Positions 1-8,656 of a DNA stretch of 37,046 bases are shown here, piece after piece. Every line of letters starts with the position of its first letter. Positions within the stretch are counted from its first letter, which is position 1. The stretch lies in NCBI GenBank assembly GCA_028687415.1, contig JAQUAC010000001.1, positions 1 through 37,046 of the forward strand, given 5' to 3'. The translations under genes were made by a program, and so were the position numbers. The stretch comes from Acidocella sp. Lineage in GTDB: Bacteria > Pseudomonadota > Alphaproteobacteria > Acetobacterales > Acetobacteraceae. The notes below the pieces were generated by a model. That model worked only from the letters and a program-made list of their open reading frames with translations. It searched no databases and had not been told where the DNA came from.

Positions 1-33
1 GTATCCGCGTTGCGCAGGATGTCGGCGGCGTTG
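1..33. repeat. Terminal 33-bp direct repeat (identical to 37014-37046); circular-contig overlap
   Basis: gtatccgcgttgcgcaggatgtcggcggcgttg occurs at both ends, and the GNAT reading frame is continuous across the join. Confidence 0.95.
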
Positions 34-170
34 CCCTGCTGATCGATGCCAAAAACGACCGGGCCGCCATCTGGTATGAATCCTATGGCGCGCTTCGTCT
101 GGAAGACGCGCCGCTATCGCTCGTTCTGCCGCTCGCGGTTGCCGCCGATGCGCTTGGGCGGGGGAGATAA
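1..170 (+). CDS. 3' part of GNAT acetyltransferase toxin (continues from 36662 across the circular junction)
   Basis: Frame from base 3 reads [29 protein letters not shown]...GR*, the typical C-terminus of AtaT/TacT-like toxins. Stop TAA at 168-170. Confidence 0.9.
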   Translation, partial: IRVAQDVGGVALLIDAKNDRAAIWYESYGALRLEDAPLSLVLPLAVAADALGRGR

Positions 171-420
171 GACGGCTGCGGCCTGGAGGGGAGTTTCGGG
201 CGTATCTTTTGCAAGCCGTAACCCATTGGTCCGGCTAGGCTTCGCGGGGCTTCCAGAAGTCATAATTTATGCAATAATGTAAAGAGGTAATCGTGCTATT
301 TCCCCGCTCATTGCTCGCCCCCCTCACCCCGCTAGCGAAGAGCAGAGCCACAAGGTATTGTGAGGTATCGATGACAGCTGCATCTCGCTATAAAGCCGCA
401 CGACCCTCAAAGGTGAGTAA

Positions 421-975
421 ATGAGTGAATCCGAGTTCGACGCGTTTGTGCGGCAACAACAGACCGACGCTGAAAAGGTTGCCGACTTTGACCCAAAGCG
501 GCAGCTTCAAGAATGGTATGATTATCTCGATCTGCTATACAAAAAGATTGCTTCTTTCATGGAGCGGTACGTCAGCGCTAACACGGCTTCTATCGCGTAT
601 GACGACATAACTTTGACCGAAGATTTTTCGGGCAACTATCCCATTCGCCGAATGGTATTAAATATTGGTCGATCAACAATCACATTTACGCCTATAGGCA
701 CGATGCTCATAGGGTCGAAGGGCCGCGTCGATGTTCAGGGACCCCGTGGGGGTGCGCGGCTCATTCTAATAAACAAGAAGGTGACTCATGCCCACCAGCT
801 TATTACCGTCCGGGTATCTCGCCCCGGAGACCCGCCACCAGCTTTGCCCACAGCCGAAGATATAAAAACAATCGAGTGGGAGTGGAAAATCATCACGCCG
901 CCGCCTGAGATGGGATTTATTGACCTAACCGAAGACGCTTTTTTCAACATGATTTTGACAGTTGCCAACTCATAA
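421..975 (+). CDS. Hypothetical protein (184 aa), first gene of an AT-richer two-gene unit
   Basis: Clean ORF with upstream aaggtgag RBS-like sequence. No motif I can name. Confidence 0.8.
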   Translation: MSESEFDAFVRQQQTDAEKVADFDPKRQLQEWYDYLDLLYKKIASFMERYVSANTASIAYDDITLTEDFSGNYPIRRMVLNIGRSTITFTPIGTMLIGSKGRVDVQGPRGGARLILINKKVTHAHQLITVRVSRPGDPPPALPTAEDIKTIEWEWKIITPPPEMGFIDLTEDAFFNMILTVANS

Positions 976-979
976 TCCA

Positions 980-1498
980 ATGAGTCTCATAACTTACGGT
1001 GCTGAATCACTAGCCGATATTGCGAACTACCAGTTAGATGCGGAAAGGTCTCTCCGGCTATATTTCTCTCAGGACAATCCCAACTTTACGGCAATTTTTG
1101 CTGGCTATCGGACGTCCGACGTTGAGGCATTGTTGGCGGATATGCTCAGTGAAACCGATATGCGTTCCGGGCTTATCCTCATGGCCCGGATCGAAGCCGC
1201 TTTCCGCGTTGATTACAAAGAACGCTCGAAAAAAAAAGACGCCGATGCACTTTCGGTAGAACTTCGAAAGCTATGGAAGAGAAAAGGACGACATGTACGG
1301 CTAGAAGATGAAATTTGGAATGTATGGCGCGATATAGACCCGCCGACAAAGCAGATTATCGGTCAGTTGCGAAGCGTGTTTAAATTTAGACATTGGCTTG
1401 CCCACGGGCGATACTGGAACATCGGCAATAAGTATGATTTCCAAACTCTCTACCTTCTTGCAGACGCTGTGCTATCAGATTTTCCACTTTATGAATGA
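980..1498 (+). CDS. Putative HEPN-domain protein (172 aa)
   Basis: ATG at 980, 4 nt after the previous stop. Helical-looking sequence with a C-terminal R-x4-H motif (FRHWLAHG) and an upstream acidic residue (ARIEAAF), as in HEPN RNases. Confidence 0.65.
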   Translation: MSLITYGAESLADIANYQLDAERSLRLYFSQDNPNFTAIFAGYRTSDVEALLADMLSETDMRSGLILMARIEAAFRVDYKERSKKKDADALSVELRKLWKRKGRHVRLEDEIWNVWRDIDPPTKQIIGQLRSVFKFRHWLAHGRYWNIGNKYDFQTLYLLADAVLSDFPLYE

Positions 1499-1565
1499 AA
1501 CGAATTAGCAGAGCGAAGGCCACGGTTTAAGGAAAACACCCTTCTGGTCTAAATATATATTTGCC

Positions 1566-4500
1566 CTACAAGTCAATTTCAGCATCAGGGTCGCCGGCCG
1601 CTAGTGCGCTCATGTACGCGAGGCATAAGTCGCGGGAACGGTAGCGCCCATAGGTGGCGGTTTCTTCGCGCTCGACGATGGGGAATGCCGAATAGATATA
1701 GCGCACGTCATCACGCTCGGTGATGCCGTAGAGGTGGAAATATATGGCATCCAGTTTGGCGCGGAGTTTTAACCGCCGGTCTTCATCCCAGGGGAAAGGC
1801 GGTTTTATGTTGCCGGATTTATCGACATACCCCATGTCACGGGCAAAGGGGGCCATGTCATGCGCCGTGTAAGTCAATTCCAGAACTGCGTCGCGGATCA
1901 TGGTTCCGGCGTTTTTTTTGCCGAAGTGGGTGGCCTCATAACGGTCGATCGGCACGACGGGGAGTTGCTCCACGATATACCAGTTTAGATGGGTGCTTTG
2001 CGCTTTTTGACGAGCCACATAATCAAAGATGATTGCCCCTAGATTCGCCAAAAATATCGACGCCTTTTGGCTGTATAATTCTGAACCATCCGATTGTATG
2101 AGTGGTGCAGTGTTCCCAAGACCAACTTTAGGCACCGCGCAGGCAATCATTGTTCTTGCATCTGTCGCTCTAGCAATATCTCGAAATGCTATCGACCATT
2201 CCAGTCCACCCGGAAGTTTTACCTCGGCCAGTGGCACCCAATATTGAGGAGTCGGAACAAAACTTGGGTCGGCCTTTTGTTTGGCTGTCACGTCGCCGCT
2301 CAAAGCCGTATTATGGAGGTTTGCTGCATTCACCTCAACCGATGCCGCACGGTGGTCAAATTGGTGTATCATCCGGCCAACATACAGCGGCACCCAGTCC
2401 CCCGCCTTGCTGCGGAACCGATTGCCGCCGGTGGGGTAAGCACCTTCCTTTTCCTCCAGCTCATGGCGGGTGCGGAACAGGTTGGAGTCATTGGTCATGT
2501 GAAACATGGTGGCGTATTTCACCGGCCAGGCTTTCACCTCCGTGCCGGATGAATCATCCACCAACACCGGCAGGCGGCTGTAAATCGCCGTGGTCAGCGC
2601 CGCATCCCGCCTGGTACGGAATATCGGCGCGGTGCCGGTGTTCGGGTTAACGGACGAAAAATCCTTCGCCGAAAGCGGAAAGCACCGCTCCGGGTCACTC
2701 AGTTCCGAAACATTGTGGAGATAGAACGCACATTGCGCCGGTTTCGGTTGCGGTTCCGGACTGGCAACGAATACGCAAAATTTGAACGAGGCGTGAACGT
2801 CAGGGAAGAAAACTTTTTTGTTCTCAAAATCATACAGCGCTTTCAACCGCCCGCCGGTCGCCACGCCCTTGAAGAACGGCGCCGCCGTCTTGTCCGAGGC
2901 AATGCCGGATGGCGTGAGCAGCCCCACCATGCCGGTTGGCTTCACCAGCGTCATCGCCCGTTCCACGAACAGCGAATAGATATTCACATCGCCACCGGAA
3001 AGCAGCGGATAATCCCCGCTATTGCGCGCCATGCGTACCGCCGCCTCGGCCCGTTCATTGGCCTTGGAAAAATCCTTCGCTAGCGGGTCTTTGGCCTTTT
3101 CCAAAGCGGCAATCATTTTGGCCCGGTCAGATGCCCGCTGTGCCAAGGCAATCTCCGGCCTGCGGGCGGCAAACCATTCCACCTGTTGCAGCTTCATCCT
3201 ATCCCATGGCGGGTTGCCAATCATGGCATCAAACCCGCCGGTCAGGCCCTTGCCCTCCCAGTCTGACCATACGCCGGGGAAGGCCACCTGCCAGTTGAGA
3301 TACCCCTCTTCGGCGACCAACTCGTTCACCTGTTCAAGAATTTCTGCAAACCGGTCCCCGTCCGCCTTGCCGGCTTTCAGTTTCTTTTTCCCCATGGCGA
3401 CCAGCACCGGGTCGCCGAACTGGCCCATAAAAAACGCCTGCACGGCGATTTTGTCGGCCTTGGATTTAAGGTCCAGCCAGTCCAGCGCATGGATCAGCCA
3501 AAGCATCGCATTCAGCGGTGCGGTCATATCCCGCACCTCGTCAAAAACGTCCTTTGAGCGGTGTGCCTCGGCAATCTCGGCGTCGGTCAGCCCTTCGATG
3601 ATCTGCATGGATGTCGCGGCGCGCATGGCGCGCGTCATCGGCTCATACAAAAACAACGGCGCGCCCAGCTTGGTCGCGCGGTCTATGCCGCTGCTTACCC
3701 ATGACCCGAACAGACTGTCGCCACAGCGCAGATGGTGGTCCAGGAAGGAAAGCGGTGCGCCAACGGTGAAAGTGTGCAGCCAGAGCGCCACCTTGGCCAG
3801 TTCAACCGCCATGATGTTTTTATCAACGCCGTAGATACAGCGTTTCAGCACCATGCGCCGCACGATATGCCGGTCATCAAGCTGCTCCGGCGCCACGCTC
3901 CAGCCCCGATCCGTCGCATTGCGCAAAATCGTGGTGCGGATCGCGGCAATCCGGGCAATCAGCGGCGAGATATAATCGCCAAACGTCACCTGAGCCGCGG
4001 CCTCGGCCATAGCCGTGATGACCTGATCGGCCATGTAATCGACCAGGCTCACCAGAAAATGCCCGGACCCCATGGCGGGGTCGCATATTTTCAGGTTGAG
4101 CAACTGTTCCGCCGGGTCGTATGCCGCCAGCGTCATTACCCGAAGGTCTTTGTCGGGCTGGGTGGTTTCAAGTTCCGCGAGCTTGGCGGAAAACGCTGCC
4201 ATACGTGTTTCCACCAGCGGGTTGATCGTCTCGCGGATAATCAGCCCCACCAAATCGTCCGGCGTGTAGTAGCTGCCGGAGCCTTTGCGGGCGAAAACAT
4301 TGGGGCGGATGATGACATTGCCGCCCTCGCGGGTGACTTCGTGCTCAAGCAGACGCTCGTAGATCGAGCCCAACTGTTGCACACTCAAATCGCGGTAGTT
4401 GATATATTTACGCCCCTCGGGGGTGTGCTCAAAGGAGAGCGCGTCGATCACCACCGCCATGACGGAATCGCCCAGGCGGATTTTGGCTAGAAGCGGGGTT

Positions 4501-5639
4501 TTCTTCGCGTCGAACAACCCGCCATTGTAGGGTGGCAGGCCGATGGATTTGTCACCCACGTCGATGGCGCGGCACAAATCTTCAACCACGGACCAATAGC
4601 GGGCCGCCGTGTCGGAAAACGTATCATTCCGGTCCTTGCGGCGGCCAATGTCGGCGCGCACCTTCTCGCGCAGCCCATATTCCTCGTACCGGGCCTCGCG
4701 GACAGGCAAAAGGTCGCGGTCCTCGGCATAGAGGATGAACAAAAGCCGGTAGAGGAGGATGAGCGCGGCTTCGCGGACTTCTTGCAAGCTGGCGTCGGGC
4801 GCAGCGGCGGCGATGGCCTGGGCGAGAGCCGGAAACACGGTGCCAAACACGAGGTTCGAGAGATTGCCGGCGACGCGCTCTTCATAAAACTTGCCCTCGT
4901 CCATCGCGCGTTGATGAAAGGTGCGGGCATCACTCGGGCTGGGCAGAAAGGCTTCGCGGCCGAACACCAGCAGGAAAACCCGCAACCAGTGGCGGCGGTC
5001 AGAGTCCGAAAGCGCGAACAAGCCGCCCTCATGGCCGGAGATGGCCAGCACGGCAGCCAGGTCAAGCTCAAAGAACTGCTCGGAGACCGAACGGGCACCC
5101 TGATAATACAGCCGCCAGCGAGAACCGTTGGTGAGAATACCCCAGCGGAGCTTGCCGGTGGTGAGGTCTTCAACCCGGCGCAGATAGCGCAACATCTGGG
5201 TTGAAGGGGCGGTTTCCTCGCCCCGCCTGCCAGATTGGCGGTCCAGCGGGCGCTGCCAACGCTTGGACTCTACAATGGCGAGGCCCACGCCATAGCGCTT
5301 AAACTCCTCCGGGAAACTGTTGGCCTGGGCCTTGGCGGCGGCGTCCTGAAACAACAAGCCGTCCGGCACATCATCACGGCCTTTGGCGGCCAGGTTCTGT
5401 TGCCGCAGACTGGCCGTCCAGCCAAGTTCGGCCAGAACGGGCCAGATCAGATCATCTTCGGTCTGGCTCTCGTTGGGGGTCTGCGCGACTGGAAAGCCGC
5501 CAAAAACTTTCCGCAGATTGGCCGCCAGGGTTGCAACGTCCGAATCGCTGATACGCTGCCAGTCGACCCCGCGCGTAATGGTCTCTTGCAGGAAGTCTGT
5601 CGAAAACAGGCTTCCCTGGAATATGGTCTCGGCTGCCAC
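1566..5639 (-). CDS. Type IIG restriction-modification enzyme (fused endonuclease / N6-adenine MTase / TRD, Eco57I-like)
   Basis: N-terminal PD..ExK nuclease (VPDGLLF...IVESK), GSYYTP, motif I DPAMGSGHFL, motif IV GNPPW, C-terminal TRD-like region. 1357 aa. Confidence 0.9.
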   Translation of the reverse strand: MAAETIFQGSLFSTDFLQETITRGVDWQRISDSDVATLAANLRKVFGGFPVAQTPNESQTEDDLIWPVLAELGWTASLRQQNLAAKGRDDVPDGLLFQDAAAKAQANSFPEEFKRYGVGLAIVESKRWQRPLDRQSGRRGEETAPSTQMLRYLRRVEDLTTGKLRWGILTNGSRWRLYYQGARSVSEQFFELDLAAVLAISGHEGGLFALSDSDRRHWLRVFLLVFGREAFLPSPSDARTFHQRAMDEGKFYEERVAGNLSNLVFGTVFPALAQAIAAAAPDASLQEVREAALILLYRLLFILYAEDRDLLPVREARYEEYGLREKVRADIGRRKDRNDTFSDTAARYWSVVEDLCRAIDVGDKSIGLPPYNGGLFDAKKTPLLAKIRLGDSVMAVVIDALSFEHTPEGRKYINYRDLSVQQLGSIYERLLEHEVTREGGNVIIRPNVFARKGSGSYYTPDDLVGLIIRETINPLVETRMAAFSAKLAELETTQPDKDLRVMTLAAYDPAEQLLNLKICDPAMGSGHFLVSLVDYMADQVITAMAEAAAQVTFGDYISPLIARIAAIRTTILRNATDRGWSVAPEQLDDRHIVRRMVLKRCIYGVDKNIMAVELAKVALWLHTFTVGAPLSFLDHHLRCGDSLFGSWVSSGIDRATKLGAPLFLYEPMTRAMRAATSMQIIEGLTDAEIAEAHRSKDVFDEVRDMTAPLNAMLWLIHALDWLDLKSKADKIAVQAFFMGQFGDPVLVAMGKKKLKAGKADGDRFAEILEQVNELVAEEGYLNWQVAFPGVWSDWEGKGLTGGFDAMIGNPPWDRMKLQQVEWFAARRPEIALAQRASDRAKMIAALEKAKDPLAKDFSKANERAEAAVRMARNSGDYPLLSGGDVNIYSLFVERAMTLVKPTGMVGLLTPSGIASDKTAAPFFKGVATGGRLKALYDFENKKVFFPDVHASFKFCVFVASPEPQPKPAQCAFYLHNVSELSDPERCFPLSAKDFSSVNPNTGTAPIFRTRRDAALTTAIYSRLPVLVDDSSGTEVKAWPVKYATMFHMTNDSNLFRTRHELEEKEGAYPTGGNRFRSKAGDWVPLYVGRMIHQFDHRAASVEVNAANLHNTALSGDVTAKQKADPSFVPTPQYWVPLAEVKLPGGLEWSIAFRDIARATDARTMIACAVPKVGLGNTAPLIQSDGSELYSQKASIFLANLGAIIFDYVARQKAQSTHLNWYIVEQLPVVPIDRYEATHFGKKNAGTMIRDAVLELTYTAHDMAPFARDMGYVDKSGNIKPPFPWDEDRRLKLRAKLDAIYFHLYGITERDDVRYIYSAFPIVEREETATYGRYRSRDLCLAYMSALAAGDPDAEIDL

Positions 5640-5663
5640 GCGCGTTTTGTTCCTTAGCCTAAA

Positions 5664-6635
5664 TTAACGAATTGCCGCTTGAATCATCGGCGCGTTCAAT
5701 AAACTACCGCCTTGAGTATTTTCGGACTTTTTTAGGTATTCGCGAGCTGATTGGATAATGGCCGGAACACCCCTAAAATGAATCCATTCCGGGTGCTGAT
5801 ACTCGCCATTTTCAAAACGCATGGTAACGCGGGCAAAATCCTCCTTCGAATGAGCTGTAGGCGGAAGGTGCTCATAGAAATGGAACCTGTCTGGATCAAG
5901 CAAAGGCGCATGTTTGTGCGTGGTCCACCGGGCAAACCAAGCCCGTAATCCCTTCTTTCCGCTATGCTGAACCTGCTGTTCGGCGATGGCATTAGCCTCC
6001 CGAAAAAATGCCGTGGCCAGCTTATCGATCGCATTGGTGACGGTGACGGTGACGCTGGGACTGTCCCAGTCCTGCATGAAGCAGACGTGCCAGTCGTCGT
6101 CGATTTCATCAACTGTCACAAGCGTCCTTAGGCCGGAGGGCGTATAGCCCTGAGGGTATAAGTCGCGCGGCGAGAATTCACGCCAATAGCGATGCAAGCC
6201 AACTGAATTAGCCTTGGCAAAGGCGATCAGCCCTTCGGGCTGGCCAATAGGCAGCCTGTTCTGCTTCTTGTTTACCGCATCCTCCAGCTCCCGTGATGCC
6301 CGCGAAAACGCGGCCGAAGCCTCCTGCATCGTGCGCAGCCCCTCGATATCCATATGTGGCATCGGAATGCTGGCGTCATAACCGTAGGGGAGCGACCAGT
6401 TTTCAGAAAGCCACCGTGCGTAGTCTTGCACCGTCGCAAATTGGCTTTGATGAGCGTCCAGGCAGGCCTGGTGGTGCAGATCAAATGCAGCTTTTGCGGC
6501 ATCGCAGGCATCGGTCATCATCTGTCCAGCGCCAGCCAACCGAATCATTTCCCGCTTTGCCTGGGTACGTTGCAGGTCATGGCGGTCATGCACCGTCTCC
6601 CAATCGGGGTTATAATCTGGGTTCGCGTATGCCAT
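5664..6635 (-). CDS. Hypothetical protein (about 323 aa)
   Basis: ATG at 6635 preceded by AGGAGG. Lies between the relaxase and the RM gene on the same strand. No recognisable domain. Confidence 0.75.
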   Translation of the reverse strand: MAYANPDYNPDWETVHDRHDLQRTQAKREMIRLAGAGQMMTDACDAAKAAFDLHHQACLDAHQSQFATVQDYARWLSENWSLPYGYDASIPMPHMDIEGLRTMQEASAAFSRASRELEDAVNKKQNRLPIGQPEGLIAFAKANSVGLHRYWREFSPRDLYPQGYTPSGLRTLVTVDEIDDDWHVCFMQDWDSPSVTVTVTNAIDKLATAFFREANAIAEQQVQHSGKKGLRAWFARWTTHKHAPLLDPDRFHFYEHLPPTAHSKEDFARVTMRFENGEYQHPEWIHFRGVPAIIQSAREYLKKSENTQGGSLLNAPMIQAAIR

Positions 6636-6691
6636 CCTACCTCCTAAATATTTTCGCCCCATAATTACGCAGCACCGACCTTTTGAAAGTT

Positions 6692-8038
6692 TTATCGCTC
6701 CCTGTCCCCGCCCTTATCACGACCGGGCAGCTGCGGGGTGTTCTGCAATGGCTTCCTGCCCAGCAGATCGGCCGGTGTCGGAATAAGCCGCGTCGGTGTC
6801 GGCAAGGGGGCTTTGCCAAGCAGCGCATCCCGGTCGGTCGGAGCTGGCGGGGCAGGAAGCCCAGTTTCACGCTGCCTAACGTCGTCGGGCACCTTACCAA
6901 GAACCGCATCCCGGTCGGTAAGGCCAAGCGCGGCCGGGCCGGGTTTGCCGGGCTGCCCGATGTCGCGCCCGCTTCCGCCACCCGCCGCCTTGCTGTGGTC
7001 GCGGCCGTCCCGTGCCGTGGCGTCTCGTCCAAGCAATTTATCCCGACTGGGTAGCTCTGCGCGGGACGGCTCTGCTGGTGTCGGCTCCGGCACCGGCACA
7101 CCGTCCGCGCGCGCGCCGTTACCAGAGGCGCCATCGACACGCCCACCAACAAACCGCTCCCGCACGCTGGCCACGGCCCGCTCCATCCGCTGCCAAGCCG
7201 CCTCAAGCCGCTCGCGCGCCTGCCCAAGCACCCGCTCGGCAACCTCGCGCAACTCGCGCAACCCAAGTTCGAGCTGGCCCCGCACCTGGTCCCGAACCCG
7301 GTTGCGCTCCCGTACCTTCTCCCATTCCGCCCCGCGCTCGGTGACGGGCGCAGCATGGCGGTTTTCATTCGCGGCGGCGCGCGTCTCCGCGCGCTCCAGC
7401 CGCGCCGCCTTCGGCCCCAGCTTCGGCTCCGGCTCCCGGTCGATCCCGCGTTCGGCAAAACTCCGATGGTCGATCCGCTCTCGCGAACCCACGCGTTCAA
7501 GGGCGCGGTTCGCGTGTTCCGCCCAGCCCGAACGCCAGCCCTCGTACAGCGCCTTATCGTTCCAATCCCGGTCCTTCGCGCCAAACCCCTCGCCAGTCAG
7601 AACCCGCGTGGTCAGCATGACATGTGCGTGCGGTTGCTCGCCGCCGTCGCGCCCGCTCGGGTTATGAATGGCAATATCCGCAATCATCCCGCGCGCCACA
7701 AATTCACGCTGGCAAAAATCCCGGATCAATTCGACCCGCTCCGCCGGATCAAGCTCACGCGGCAGGGCAAAATGCACCTCGCGCGCAAGCTGCGCATCCT
7801 TGCGCTTCTCCGCCGCCTCCACCCCCGACCACAAGGCCGCGCGATCCTGCATCCAGGCGGGTGCCGTTTCCGGGGTCATGATTTCGCGATGCTCCACATA
7901 CGCCTTACGGCTGTAGTCGTGCATCTGGCCGGTGCGCTCGTCACGCAACCGCTCGCCAGCGCGATACGCCGCCGCCGCAACGGCCGAACGCCCGGCCGAA
8001 CGGCTGATAACCTGCGCCCGCATGTGAAAAATCGCCAT
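6692..8038 (-). CDS. mobA: MOBQ (MobA/MobL family) relaxase
   Basis: Start MAIFHMRAQVISRSAGRSAVAAAAYRAGE with catalytic Tyr, RKDAQLARE, and HUH motif IH...QPHAHVMLTTR. Likely start is 8038 rather than 8245. Confidence 0.93.
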   Translation of the reverse strand: MAIFHMRAQVISRSAGRSAVAAAAYRAGERLRDERTGQMHDYSRKAYVEHREIMTPETAPAWMQDRAALWSGVEAAEKRKDAQLAREVHFALPRELDPAERVELIRDFCQREFVARGMIADIAIHNPSGRDGGEQPHAHVMLTTRVLTGEGFGAKDRDWNDKALYEGWRSGWAEHANRALERVGSRERIDHRSFAERGIDREPEPKLGPKAARLERAETRAAANENRHAAPVTERGAEWEKVRERNRVRDQVRGQLELGLRELREVAERVLGQARERLEAAWQRMERAVASVRERFVGGRVDGASGNGARADGVPVPEPTPAEPSRAELPSRDKLLGRDATARDGRDHSKAAGGGSGRDIGQPGKPGPAALGLTDRDAVLGKVPDDVRQRETGLPAPPAPTDRDALLGKAPLPTPTRLIPTPADLLGRKPLQNTPQLPGRDKGGDRER

Positions 8039-8210
8039 TGGTGCCCATCCCCTCCCTAAAACAAATCGGGGCTGGTCCAGGCGGGGGTCGTACCCCCGGC
8101 CTGGTCGGGGTGCCGGAGCGAATGCGCCCCGGCTGGGGGGTTTCGGGGGGCAAAGCCCCATGAAGCGATCTTCTTGCCAGGAGGTCCAGGAACCACGGCA
8201 GCGGTTCTTG

Positions 8211-8246
8211 GGGCGCACGTTGCGAAGCAACGTATCTGCGCGCACT
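8211..8246 (+). other. Putative oriT 1 (MOBQ type, divergent nic region)
   Basis: Inverted repeat ACGTTGC-GAA-GCAACGT (8217-8233) followed by ATCTGCGCGCACT. Sits between divergent mobA and mobC-like genes and shares GTTGCGAAGCAAC with oriT 2. Confidence 0.7.
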
Positions 8247-8317
8247 TCTCTATTCTGGCTTCCTTTCTCATGCTTATTACGTTAGGTTGTGATTACAATC
8301 ATGGCAAGGAAAAACAC

Positions 8318-8656
8318 ATGGCTCGTTCGTCAGATCAGGAACGTCTGCAAAAGCTTCAAGAACGCCGGGACCAGCTCAACGCTCAACTCGCCGCCATGGA
8401 AGCTCGGGCCAAGCAAACCCAGAAAAAGCAGGATGACCGCCGGAAAATCCTGCTCGGTGCCCTCGTGCTGGCCGATTTCGATACCCGACCAGAACTCAAA
8501 ACCTATCTGGCCGAACGCCTGCCCGGCTTCCTGGTGCGGCCAGAGGATCGGAAACTTTTCGCCGATCTGCTGGCCGCACCTCCCGCTTCAGAGGGCGGCG
8601 GGGTTGCCGGTGCCGCTCCGGATGTCACGCCTGCAACCCCTGGAGAAACGGCGTGA
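8318..8656 (+). CDS. Mobilization accessory protein (MobC/MobS/TraD-like), 112 aa
   Basis: Coiled coil followed by DDRRKILLGALVL...LPGFL. Divergent from the relaxase across oriT. Paralogue of 30899-31240. Confidence 0.82.
   Translation: MARSSDQERLQKLQERRDQLNAQLAAMEARAKQTQKKQDDRRKILLGALVLADFDTRPELKTYLAERLPGFLVRPEDRKLFADLLAAPPASEGGGVAGAAPDVTPATPGETA

Noticed and set aside
46-282. 78-aa ORF at the window start
   Set aside because: It overlaps the real GNAT 3' end in another frame and has no recognisable features.
1229-1237. A9 tract in the HEPN-motif gene (and T8 at 1912-1919) as phase-variation switches
   Set aside because: Both are short, in frame and encode Lys runs. There is no evidence of slippage without reads.
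1566-5639. BREX PglX or DISARM methylase
   Set aside because: No brxC/pglZ/brxL or drm genes are on the circle, and the protein has its own N-terminal nuclease motif. A stand-alone type IIG enzyme fits better.
8039-8245. N-terminal extensions given by the ORF track for mobA (also vapB, rep 2, mobC, CWC, RHH genes)
   Set aside because: Family-typical N-termini and RBS or overlap positions point to downstream starts, and several extensions run through oriT or promoter DNA.
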